Positions 17,155-25,242 of a stretch of 64,000 bases of DNA are shown here, piece by piece. The notes under the pieces are model-generated. The model made no database searches and was not told the DNA's origin. It was given only the letters and a program-made list of their open reading frames with translations. Within the stretch, counting starts at the first letter, position 1; every line of letters begins with the position of its first letter. Both the position numbers and the translations under genes were made by a program. The DNA lies in the NCBI GenBank assembly GCA_943359395.1, contig CALRHH010000003.1, forward strand, positions 24,846 through 88,845, read 5' to 3'. The DNA comes from Candidatus Nomurabacteria bacterium. Lineage in GTDB: Bacteria > Patescibacteriota > Minisyncoccia > Phycocordibacterales > UBA2100.

Positions 17155-17739
17155 TCATGAATGAGCGTGCTCTTGTATAAGTTCCCAGAGGGCGGAAATC
17201 TTCTGGTCGGCAATCTGTTGTGCGGCGATTCCCTCTTTGCCGGAAGTCCGGTGAAAAAAAATGGGGGTGGCTGGCGGAAACGGCTGCTGTTTTGCATGCG
17301 CCTTCTCACGCCTCCGTAAAGCACCGTCAACGGATTCTATTTTGCCTGCCTGACGTATACGTTCCAAGCGTACTCTAACCGAAGCTTCGTCGGATTCTAT
17401 CCACACAAAAACTACTGGCGTGTAGTACTTTCGTGCTTCTGACAGAAAATACTCACGTGGGATATCACGGTGAAATGTATCGTCTACGACGACATCCGGG
17501 TACATTTTCGACAACAGAGGAAAATCTTTGCAAACGTTTTCGTATACTTTTACGCGGTCCTTATCCGTCCTTGGTTGCAGGATTCTGAAATCGCCACGCC
17601 GGTCGAACGTTGGGTGCCGGATTTTCTTCCTATCAATATCGTAGTGATACAATCCGAATCTTGCCGCAAGCTGATCGGCAAGCGTCCGCGCCCCGTTTCC
17701 AAGTAACCCGCCAAGTACGACAAGCATACGTGAGCACAT
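17155..17739 (-). CDS. P-loop NTPase/kinase-like protein with a degenerate Walker A (GGLLGNGART, no Lys).
   Basis: N-terminal LVVLGGLLGNGARTLADQLAARFG resembles AAA_33/gluconate-kinase-type small kinases but lacks the canonical GK[ST]. May be a pseudo-kinase or use a different fold. Confidence 0.3.
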   Translation of the reverse strand: MCSRMLVVLGGLLGNGARTLADQLAARFGLYHYDIDRKKIRHPTFDRRGDFRILQPRTDKDRVKVYENVCKDFPLLSKMYPDVVVDDTFHRDIPREYFLSEARKYYTPVVFVWIESDEASVRVRLERIRQAGKIESVDGALRRREKAHAKQQPFPPATPIFFHRTSGKEGIAAQQIADQKISALWELIQEHAHS

Positions 17740-17823
17740 AGTAGCCCCGTGTGAGAAAATTGCATACAGCCGTGAAGAAAATCATGGAAGAAGTATGCTA
17801 CCCTATAGTCCCGTAACTGAATC

Positions 17824-18747
17824 ATGAAACTCAAATCTATCCGGCATCACGACCAGACGTTTACATACACTGACCACACCCTGACATTCCCCTCGTTCGC
17901 CACAGATGCGCTCCATCGTGCACTTGTGCAGTGGCAAAAGGTCTTTCCCCGCGAAGAGACGCTCATACAGATGCGGCACGACGTGCCGAGCCTGTTCGTG
18001 CGTTTCGACTGCGTCATTTCGCCGGCGGGCGATGTCCGGATATACGAATTGCAGGAGGGGTGCGCATGGGTCGGATACACGGGAATCGCGAACTCGGCAT
18101 TCCGTGGGATTCGCGACAGAATAGTTCAGGAGGAATGGCCTCATCTTAGGGTACTTCGCTCAGACAAGCAGACCGACAAAGACGATGACTTGTGGCTCTC
18201 GCGCTCGAATATCACGGAGGCACTCAGGAGTCCGGACCCACTTATGGTGCGAAGCAACATGCCGCTTCTCGCGGAGGAACTACGCACCATCATCATCAGG
18301 AAATCCGTACGACCCGTCATGATGCACAACGACAAGAGCTACGGCGAGGCTCTCGGATGGTGGCGGGTGGTGGATTGGGAGGAGAGTTCACACGGAGAAG
18401 AGAAGATTCCATGGCACGAGGCCTTCGTATTGAAACCGCGGTTCGGGTTCGGGAGTTCGGATATCATGCTCTGGAATCCACATAACCGCGTCGGGAGAGC
18501 GACACGGACTCAGGTACTGCGCGTGCTCAAAAGACGCGGCACGATGTACCTCCAGCCTTACATACCCCCAATGCATATGGATATCGACGGTACTCCGTAT
18601 AATTTTATATACCGGCCGTATTTCATATACTCCGGAAAACAAAAACAGTGGGTGCCGGCCCATGGTATATGGACCGCGCGTCCGCATCCCGCTCTCAGAA
18701 TCCACGGAGCATCCGATGCGATAAGCGGCCCGCTCAAGATGCAATAG
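17824..18747 (+). CDS. Conserved hypothetical, paralog of 16228-17067 (ATP-grasp-like features), divergently transcribed.
   Basis: Blocks VRFDCVISPAGDVRIYELQEGC, FVLKPRFGFGSSD, YLQPYIPPMHMDIDGTPYNFIYRPYF, GASDAISGPL align with the paralog. Confidence 0.35.
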   Translation: MKLKSIRHHDQTFTYTDHTLTFPSFATDALHRALVQWQKVFPREETLIQMRHDVPSLFVRFDCVISPAGDVRIYELQEGCAWVGYTGIANSAFRGIRDRIVQEEWPHLRVLRSDKQTDKDDDLWLSRSNITEALRSPDPLMVRSNMPLLAEELRTIIIRKSVRPVMMHNDKSYGEALGWWRVVDWEESSHGEEKIPWHEAFVLKPRFGFGSSDIMLWNPHNRVGRATRTQVLRVLKRRGTMYLQPYIPPMHMDIDGTPYNFIYRPYFIYSGKQKQWVPAHGIWTARPHPALRIHGASDAISGPLKMQ

Positions 18748-18887
18748 CACATACCCAACCTCCCGTTTGAAGCGTTAATCCTCAGACGCACCAGCGTGCT
18801 AAACTCGCGTCATGACTTGGCGGAAAGCGCAGGGTATCGGAATAGACGTACTGGCAATATCGACCATGGCGAGAGAGAAACCAAATA

Positions 18888-18914
18888 GAAGGGGCGCCTA
18901 CAACGGCGCCCTTC
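18888..18914. terminator. Convergent terminator hairpin GAAGGGGCGCC-TACAAC-GGCGCCCTTC.
   Basis: 10-bp GC-rich stem between the + strand gene ending at 18747 and the - strand small gene ending at 18935. Confidence 0.5.
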
Positions 18915-18934
18915 TCAGGTTTGCCGAGCATCAG

Positions 18935-19174
18935 TCAGCGCCGCTCAACGCGGGTGTCCTGAACCTTGCGGGACATCCACTCGCCAGTCTGCATACACGC
19001 GGCGTGGAACTTGGGGCACTCCCCGAGACACTTTTGCGAGCTGTTAAACTCTGTGGTGCAGACCCGCACGCACATTTTGCGATAGCCAGTGCAGGTCTCA
19101 GCACTCGCCGTCGACGAAACGGCAAACACCGCCCCGGCGCACAAGGCAACGGTCAGAAGAGCAATTCTCCGCAT
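18935..19174 (-). CDS. Small secreted Cys-rich protein (79 aa; signal peptide plus ~55-aa mature peptide with 6 Cys).
   Basis: Signal peptide MRRIALLTVALCAGAVFAVSSTASA. Mature ETCTGYRKMCVRVCTTEFNSSQKCLGECPKFHAACMQ… has 6 Cys, consistent with 3 disulfides. Terminator hairpin downstream. The overlapping + strand ORF is low-complexity and less likely to be real. Confidence 0.4.
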   Translation of the reverse strand: MRRIALLTVALCAGAVFAVSSTASAETCTGYRKMCVRVCTTEFNSSQKCLGECPKFHAACMQTGEWMSRKVQDTRVERR

Positions 19175-19413
19175 GATTCCCTCCTCGGAAATGCGAGCCT
19201 ATCGCGACATTCTTGCGTCACGATTTCAGACTGCGCTCACAATACAATTGTTAGTACCATGAGTCAATTCTAGAGAAACCCCTCAATCAAAGAACCCCGT
19301 CCGATGGGATTTAAAATCTCTGCGCCGCAGTCCCTGGGAGCTTGCGGCGTGAATCTAAAGCCGCCCTTGGAGGGCATATTTGTTTATGGTCTCCGCATTG
19401 GATGCGTCGCCCG

Positions 19414-19451
19414 TGATTTTCTGATTTCTCTTGGAGAGAAATCAGAAAATC
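19414..19451. terminator. Perfect 17-bp inverted repeat (TGATTTTCTGATTTCTC-TTGG-GAGAAATCAGAAAATCA) that starts on the rpsJ stop codon. Terminator-like hairpin without a strong U-tract.
   Basis: Read directly. The arms are exact reverse complements. Confidence 0.45.
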
Positions 19452-19866
19452 ACATCATCTTAACGTCTATTGAAACTCCGGACGGAAGGTCGATATTGGT
19501 CAATGCTTCAATGACTTTCGGCGCAGGATTCAAAATATCTATCATGCGCTTGTGGATGCGCATTTCGAACTGCTCGCGGGAGTCTTTATCGATAAATGCG
19601 GCACGGTTGACGGTGTATTTCTTTATATCGATAGGGAGCGGCACAGGACCGATGACTGTCGCATTGTAGCGAGCGGCAGTGTCGATGATTTGCTTCACGG
19701 ACTTGTCGAGGATGCCGTGCTCGTAGGCGCGGACCTTGATACGGAGGCGGTGAGCAGAATCAGATTTCTTAGCGCGTGGAGTAGGTGCAACGGAAGAGCC
19801 GTCTGCCGACTTGGCAGATTTGGCGCGCGGCTTGCGTGCCTTTTTGACTGTCTCTTCCGCTGTCAT
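19450..19866 (-). CDS. rpsJ: 30S ribosomal protein S10 (NusE) with an N-terminal Lys/Ala-rich ~40-aa extension.
   Basis: Core RLRIKVRAYEHGILDKSVKQIIDTAARYNATVIGPVPLPIDIKKYTVNRAAFIDKDSREQFEMRIHKRMIDILNP is unmistakably S10. The listed 423-aa ORF is an upstream in-frame extension antisense to the histidine kinase gene and is rejected. The ATG at 19864-19866 (MTAEETVKK) is the preferred start. Confidence 0.85.
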   Translation of the reverse strand: MTAEETVKKARKPRAKSAKSADGSSVAPTPRAKKSDSAHRLRIKVRAYEHGILDKSVKQIIDTAARYNATVIGPVPLPIDIKKYTVNRAAFIDKDSREQFEMRIHKRMIDILNPAPKVIEALTNIDLPSGVSIDVKMM

Positions 19867-20148
19867 AGAACCCGAAGAGTATGCACCAGCTCGCCTGAAA
19901 ACGCAAGAGTGTGGCCTTCGCACACAGATACCTGTTGCCAGAGCATAACGCGAGCCACATACTAGAACAATGCTTGGACTCGGATGGGTTGTTTTTGTTG
20001 CTGAGGTTTTCCTGTCCATCTTTTTTGGTGCAATCTTCTGGCATTTTTGGACACACTCCGCAATGAGTCGCCCCGTCGCCACTCGAGCCATCATTGTATA
20101 CGCGTCGGGCTGCATTGTATTCCTCCTCTTCACGCTTTTTCTACCGAT

Positions 20149-21360
20149 ATGACCGACCTCCCCCCAGAAGACGAGCAAGTGCTCCTCGTCGTGCACAAAC
20201 ACTGGGCATCCCTTCTCCGTGAAGCCGCACTCACCTTGATACCGGGCTTCATCATTCTCGGGATTCTTTTTCTCTTTAGTGGTCTGCCGCTCACTTTGGC
20301 TGACACGTCGGTACACGCCATTATCGTGCTGCTCATACCGTTTTGTTTCCTCACTCTCTGGACGATACTCGCCATCCAGTGGACGAACTACTACCTCGAC
20401 ATGTTTGTCGTAACGGACCGACGCATCTTCTATACGACTCAGATAAACTTTACCGAACGAACCACCGCGCAGTGGCACCTTCACGACGTGAATCATGTGC
20501 AAGTCCATTTCAGCGGTCTTTTCGAATCGTTCTTCAAGTACGGATCCCTCGTTATTGAAGGTCGTGAAGAAGATACCTCCGCAAAAATAGAGGGAGTTCC
20601 AGACCCTGAGTACGTCGCCGCCGTCATTCTCAAACAGGGTGACCAGTATGGGCAGCTCAAAGAAACGGCGCGGAAACAGCGCGAACTCCTGCACTTCTTC
20701 AGCCACGAAGTGAAGGGCCACCTCGCCAAGAGCAAGGCGGCTTTCGCTTCTATAGTGGAAGGCGACTACGGTCCTCTTCCCTCTCCCCTCGACTCAATGG
20801 CGCATGCAGCGCTCGACGACTCGCAAAAGGGGGTGGATACTGTCATGTCGATGCTGGATAACTCCGATTCCGCAAGCGGCGCCATGCACTTCGACAAAAA
20901 GCTATTTGACCTCTCCACAACCACGCGACGGGTTGCGGATGAATTCCGCGAGCGCGTGCAAAAGAAGGGGCTCACCTTCTTGCTCTCAATCGACAACTCC
21001 TGCGTCGTAGAGGGCGACGAACAGAAATTCGAACAACATGTCCTCAGAAACCTCCTCGAAAACGCATTGCGCTACACCCCAGCAGGACATATCGAGGTAA
21101 CGCTCGAGCGCAGCGCGAGCGGCATTCGCCTCTCGGTCGCGGATACGGGAATCGGCATCAGCGAAAAAGATATGGGAAAACTCTTTACGGAAGGCGGCCA
21201 CGGCGAACATTCAAAAGAAACCAACACAGAATCCACCGGCTACGGACTCTTCGTCGCGAAGCAAGTGGTGGAAGGGACAGGGGGACGCATCTGGGCGAGC
21301 TCAAGCGGACCGAGCGCGGGCTCAAATTTTTTCGTCGAGTTTCCTTCAGCATCTATATAA
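20149..21360 (+). CDS. Sensor histidine kinase: membrane-embedded bacterial PH (YdbT-like) N-terminal domain, HisKA and HATPase_c domains. No cognate response regulator nearby.
   Basis: C-terminal G-box region GTGIGISEKDMGKLFTEGGHG…STGYGLFVAKQVVEGTGGRIWASS. Phospho-acceptor region LHFFSHEVKGHLA (H-box). Start chosen at MTDLPPEDEQVLLVVHKHWASLL, a bPH_2-like opening. Confidence 0.7.
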   Translation: MTDLPPEDEQVLLVVHKHWASLLREAALTLIPGFIILGILFLFSGLPLTLADTSVHAIIVLLIPFCFLTLWTILAIQWTNYYLDMFVVTDRRIFYTTQINFTERTTAQWHLHDVNHVQVHFSGLFESFFKYGSLVIEGREEDTSAKIEGVPDPEYVAAVILKQGDQYGQLKETARKQRELLHFFSHEVKGHLAKSKAAFASIVEGDYGPLPSPLDSMAHAALDDSQKGVDTVMSMLDNSDSASGAMHFDKKLFDLSTTTRRVADEFRERVQKKGLTFLLSIDNSCVVEGDEQKFEQHVLRNLLENALRYTPAGHIEVTLERSASGIRLSVADTGIGISEKDMGKLFTEGGHGEHSKETNTESTGYGLFVAKQVVEGTGGRIWASSSGPSAGSNFFVEFPSASI

Positions 21361-21366
21361 AAAATC

Positions 21367-21398
21367 GAGGGCGCGCAAGCCGTAGCAAGCGCGCCCTC
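21367..21398. terminator. Bidirectional terminator GAGGGCGCGC-…-GCGCGCCCTC between convergent genes.
   Basis: 10-bp perfect GC stem read directly, with an A/T-rich flank. Confidence 0.5.
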
Positions 21399-21463
21399 AG
21401 AAACACCAGCAGGTACGGAGCCCCTTTCGCTGAGTTTGATTCTCAGTTTCTCTAGAGCGAGAC

Positions 21464-21886
21464 CTATTTCCGATCGGGGTCGAACGCAAAGGCAACGACT
21501 GATGCGCGATATGCGGCCATTTCACGCTCCGCCTTGAGTCGCTCGACGTCCATCATGAGTGTCAGCCGATCCTTTGTAGGCGAATCAGCCATCTCGACGA
21601 CTTTCTTCATTGTGTCGAGTTGGGCGATGAGAACTATTCCGATTTCAGCGAGCCAGTCATGCACAACCTCGCACGCATCTTTGTGTGCGATGTTGCGCTC
21701 GTGCCGACACCATTCCTTTTTTCGCTTCTGAGCTTCATTCACCCCGCCGTTAATCTTTTTTATTGCGGCGATGATTTCAGGCTTGGTCAGCAATTTGTTT
21801 GCTGACATCTTCTGGTCGGCGGCCTGAGCGACGCAGAGGCTGCCGACCAGCAATCCCGCAAACGCGGCACTAAGGATTCTGAGCAT
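21464..21886 (-). CDS. Secreted hypothetical protein (signal peptide, helical, charged).
   Basis: MLRILSAAFAGLLVGSLCVAQA signal peptide. An AT-rich promoter-like region lies upstream at 21890-22060. Confidence 0.35.
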   Translation of the reverse strand: MLRILSAAFAGLLVGSLCVAQAADQKMSANKLLTKPEIIAAIKKINGGVNEAQKRKKEWCRHERNIAHKDACEVVHDWLAEIGIVLIAQLDTMKKVVEMADSPTKDRLTLMMDVERLKAEREMAAYRASVVAFAFDPDRK

Positions 21887-22062
21887 GACGTTCCCTTTCT
21901 CCGGTTATGCCAATTTAATCCCGCAACAGCGCAAGGATTTTCAACAGGTTTAATTATACCATATATACTGTAATTTGCAAGCTAATATGTGGATAATCCT
22001 TTATTCTTCGTACTGTCCCCTTTTGGGTAATATACCCTGCATCATACTGTTATCATGGTCAC

Positions 22063-22776
22063 ATGATCGGTAAGTGGGCTGGAATTCTCGTACTAACTGC
22101 AGCTACGGGATTTATCTTGTATTTCGAGAATGCGACGCTTCGTCCCCAGCCGCAGACACTCACCGCGCAGGCAGCGGGCGCACAGTCAAAGTATGATACC
22201 AAAGCAGCTGATTCACAGTGCCCCCAGCCAAGCGAGACAGCTGGATACAATAAAGACGTAGCTTTTGATGCTGTGTATGAGGATTGTGGTGTCACGCCCC
22301 CGCCAGAGCATACGGGGCAAACTGCCTCAGCTGTCCTCGCCGTGAATTGTCCGAAAAAGAGGAATCTCTATGGTAAGCCTTGCGTGGGTGATTTTATCAA
22401 AGCGTCTTGCAGTAAGCCCAATTTCTGCGATGGTCAGATGCCGAAATCTGAGTGCTACAACGGCAAGGAATGGGTGAAGAAGTGCGAAGTGACAAAAGTG
22501 GCTGGGGCAGAAATCACCAAACCATTCGACGTTGCTGCCACGGGCGACTTAGCGGGCGTAAAAGCCCCTGTAACGCCAAAAGTACCGACGCCGCCAATTC
22601 AAGGAGACACAATCAAAGCCGCATACAGCACAGATGAATTAAGTGCCGCCGCGCGCAAGGCTCCCGCCGCAACAAGAATAGAACCTACTATCCAGGCACC
22701 TGCAGCACCTGCAGCACCTGCATCCCCAGCGCCTGTAGCGCCGGCTGGTCCAGCGCTCAGTCCAGACTCGATTTAG
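22063..22776 (+). CDS. Membrane-anchored extracellular protein with a Cys-rich middle domain (10 Cys) and a Pro/Ala-rich C-terminus.
   Basis: TM WAGILVLTAATGFILYF. Cys-rich region then PAAPAAPASPAPVAPAGPA tail. Upstream TTGCAA…TGGATAAT promoter-like hexamers. Confidence 0.35.
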   Translation: MIGKWAGILVLTAATGFILYFENATLRPQPQTLTAQAAGAQSKYDTKAADSQCPQPSETAGYNKDVAFDAVYEDCGVTPPPEHTGQTASAVLAVNCPKKRNLYGKPCVGDFIKASCSKPNFCDGQMPKSECYNGKEWVKKCEVTKVAGAEITKPFDVAATGDLAGVKAPVTPKVPTPPIQGDTIKAAYSTDELSAAARKAPAATRIEPTIQAPAAPAAPASPAPVAPAGPALSPDSI

Positions 22777-22836
22777 ACATCAAACAACACGCGTCCCTCC
22801 AATACCGCACCGCAAGGAAATTATCCCCTACAAGAC

Positions 22837-24012
22837 TTGGCTCGAGCACAGACGACTTTTCAAAATCCAAATGCCCCAAGCGGATACCAGAGCTGGAGCT
22901 CCCGCCCGAGCAGCGGGTATATTTCCGGTTTTGCGTCTCTCATTGGCGGACTCTTCTCGGTTCCCGCCAACACGGTCGTCACCTACATACAATCTTTCCT
23001 CGGCTCTTCCCAGCCAACACCAAAGACCCCTCCTCCGACACAAACACAACCCGTCATCGTACAAAATATCGTACTCGCCCCAAACACTCTTATCGCCCCG
23101 CCTTCGCCCGATATCCTTGCACAAATTCTCGCTATCGGAAATCAGCAGGGCAAAAACCTCCCATCGACAGTTCAAAAAGTGACAGCGGCCGATACTACCG
23201 CCACGGTCTCTCCTGCCCCGTCCGTCTCCTCTACACCGCAAGAGCAGACGACAAACCCCACAACCGTACCGGGCAACGAGTCCAGACCGGCGAAATCGGC
23301 TGCAGACCTCTTGCCGAGCGACCAAGTCAGCACACTCTCAGACTCGCGGAAGGAGGCGGACGCGACGAGCACAGAGAGCACGTCGAGTCCCCGGTGGATT
23401 GAGCCTGAGGTTGTAGAGGTCGGTGTACCTGTCGATATCACGTACCCCGCAATCTACGAATCAGTCCTTGCCTACATCAACGGAGACTGGACTCAGAGAC
23501 TCCGCACAGCAACTCAGAATAAAGCCGCTCTCGCGCAGGCGGAATCGGAGCGCGCGGCAATCGTCGCCTATATTGAATCGCTTCAGGAAGCGCGAGCAGC
23601 GGGCATTTGTGATGAGATGTGTTCCGCTGCACTCTCGGCGCTTCAAAGAGACCTCCCCGAATGGCAATCGCGGGTAGATGAGTTGCAAACGGCGGTCAGG
23701 AAAGATGCTGAGCCGCAGCCCGTTCCCCCACCGACCGTCGGACAGATTAGCCGTGTGGCCGACAGCTTGGTCAGCCCTTTGTACGAAGTTCCGAGTGTGC
23801 CCGCTCCTCGAAGCGCTTCTGCACCTCCTGCGGTTGTAAGCGTAAGCTCGCAGGAAACCCTCCCTCCGCCGAGCGAAGTCAAGGGAGAAGCAACTATCTT
23901 GCGAATAGTACGGGGCATCTGGGAATCCTTAAAGTCATGGTTCTTGCCATCCGCGCAAGCGCCACGAGAAAAATGCTCGCTCTTCCTCTCGCTCTTCGGG
24001 AGGTGTAAGTAA
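22837..24012 (+). CDS. Pro/Thr/Ser-rich hypothetical protein with a hydrophobic segment and a C-terminal coiled-coil-like region.
   Basis: ORF only. Low-complexity composition. Confidence 0.3.
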   Translation: MARAQTTFQNPNAPSGYQSWSSRPSSGYISGFASLIGGLFSVPANTVVTYIQSFLGSSQPTPKTPPPTQTQPVIVQNIVLAPNTLIAPPSPDILAQILAIGNQQGKNLPSTVQKVTAADTTATVSPAPSVSSTPQEQTTNPTTVPGNESRPAKSAADLLPSDQVSTLSDSRKEADATSTESTSSPRWIEPEVVEVGVPVDITYPAIYESVLAYINGDWTQRLRTATQNKAALAQAESERAAIVAYIESLQEARAAGICDEMCSAALSALQRDLPEWQSRVDELQTAVRKDAEPQPVPPPTVGQISRVADSLVSPLYEVPSVPAPRSASAPPAVVSVSSQETLPPPSEVKGEATILRIVRGIWESLKSWFLPSAQAPREKCSLFLSLFGRCK

Positions 24013-24029
24013 CACGGTAGAGACACTCA

Positions 24030-24518
24030 CTACGCGCCCGCAAGGTCAGCGTAGTTGAAGAGTACACCAAACGCTTTGCACCACGTGAGGACGTAGCGAT
24101 ACCGCGCTATATCTACCCCAGCAGGAATCTCGTAATTGATATTCCCCTCCGTCGCACGCACTTGACCGAGGTCTATAAAGTCCATTGCTTCCATATCTTT
24201 GGCAAGATACACACGGATATCTGGGCCGTTGAGTGTCTTGAAATTCTCGTAGCGCACATACGCCTTACCGTCAGCCCGCACAATGCGCGCCGTCCCCGAG
24301 GCAGGATGGCCGGCCGTACCTATCACCTGCGCTGGCAACGTAACCTCCCGTGCGGACACAGGAGCCGTTTCGTTCGCCTGAATATGTATGAAGAGCGGAG
24401 AGAGACCGTAGTAAGCAAGCGCAAGAACGGGAACCATCAAGATAGCCCCAAAAATGTAGAGTGCTTTCGTCTTCACCCTGTCATTATACCGCCCAGGTTT
24501 TAGAGTAAAAAGTGGCAT
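24030..24518 (-). CDS. Membrane-anchored DM13-domain protein.
   Basis: Segment GTAGHPASGTARIVRADGKAYVRYENFKTLNGPDIRVYLAKD matches the DM13 domain signature (G.v.G.a.i….lrlenf.t.nGPDl.vyL). N-terminal TM. Confidence 0.45.
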   Translation of the reverse strand: MPLFTLKPGRYNDRVKTKALYIFGAILMVPVLALAYYGLSPLFIHIQANETAPVSAREVTLPAQVIGTAGHPASGTARIVRADGKAYVRYENFKTLNGPDIRVYLAKDMEAMDFIDLGQVRATEGNINYEIPAGVDIARYRYVLTWCKAFGVLFNYADLAGA

Positions 24519-24552
24519 ACATAATAAGCCTGCAACCGCAGGCTTATTATGT
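24519..24552. terminator. Terminator hairpin ATAATAAGCCTGC-AACC-GCAGGCTTATTAT downstream of the DUF1697 gene and immediately upstream of the DM13 start.
   Basis: 13-bp perfect stem read directly. Confidence 0.55.
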
Positions 24553-24558
24553 ATGGGT

Positions 24559-25242
24559 TCAGGCGAGGATTTTTTCGATGGTGTTCCAATTTCGGGTGGT
24601 TATCTTCTTGCCGTACGATGCGCCGAGAAGTTTCATCACATCAGGCGTCTGCATCTTGGGATTGATTTCGAGCCAACTGTATACCTCGCCCGGAGTCACC
24701 TTCAGCACCGCATATTCATCGGTAAGACGCTGAGCCTTCATCGGTGAAGCTGGCTTCTCCGCGAGGAATGTCACATAGCGACGCGTCTGCGGGGTAACCT
24801 TGATGCCCTTGAATGGATTGGCCTTCTGCATTGTCTCTAGCTCCCCCACTGTGCGCACAATGACCCCGACATCAAATCCGAATTTCTTCTTGAGTGCCCC
24901 TTCAATCGTTTTCACGAGCGCGCTCGGCGTAGTCTTTCCCGAAGGGAAACGAACATTGCCGCTCGCGAGAAATGTCTGAACATCTTTGTACCCAAGTGAT
25001 TCCATGAGGGCGGCGAGCGCAGCCATTTTCACGATGCGCCTCCCCACATTAATCCCCAACAAAAACGCAACGTATTCCACTTCCGCATTATACCAAACCC
25101 GGTAGTCTGGCAAAAAATCCCGCTTGCACGGCGGGACCCTTGGGATACACCAACAGCTGAGACTAGCGTTCTGTGGAAATACGATTGAACCACTCCCCGA
25201 GCTTTCCCGCATTCTTCGCGCGGACCAAGGCGGCAGCGGCAC
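24559..25242 (-). CDS. DUF1697-family protein. True start is probably internal, because the 5' end of the ORF overlaps the upstream gene.
   Basis: YVAFLLGINVGRRIVKMAALAALMESLGYKDVQTFLASGNVRF matches the conserved DUF1697 N-terminal pattern (…LLRGINVGG.n.v.Ma.L…..lG…v.TyiaSGNvvF). Confidence 0.5.
   Translation of the reverse strand: MPLPPWSARRMRESSGSGSIVFPQNASLSCWCIPRVPPCKRDFLPDYRVWYNAEVEYVAFLLGINVGRRIVKMAALAALMESLGYKDVQTFLASGNVRFPSGKTTPSALVKTIEGALKKKFGFDVGVIVRTVGELETMQKANPFKGIKVTPQTRRYVTFLAEKPASPMKAQRLTDEYAVLKVTPGEVYSWLEINPKMQTPDVMKLLGASYGKKITTRNWNTIEKILA

Noticed and set aside
19867-20721. N-terminal ~285-aa extension of the 423-aa minus-strand ORF that contains rpsJ
   Set aside because: It is antisense to the well-supported histidine kinase gene and has no recognisable features. 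S10 starts at an internal Met (19864-19866) with a plausible Lys/Ala-rich extension only.
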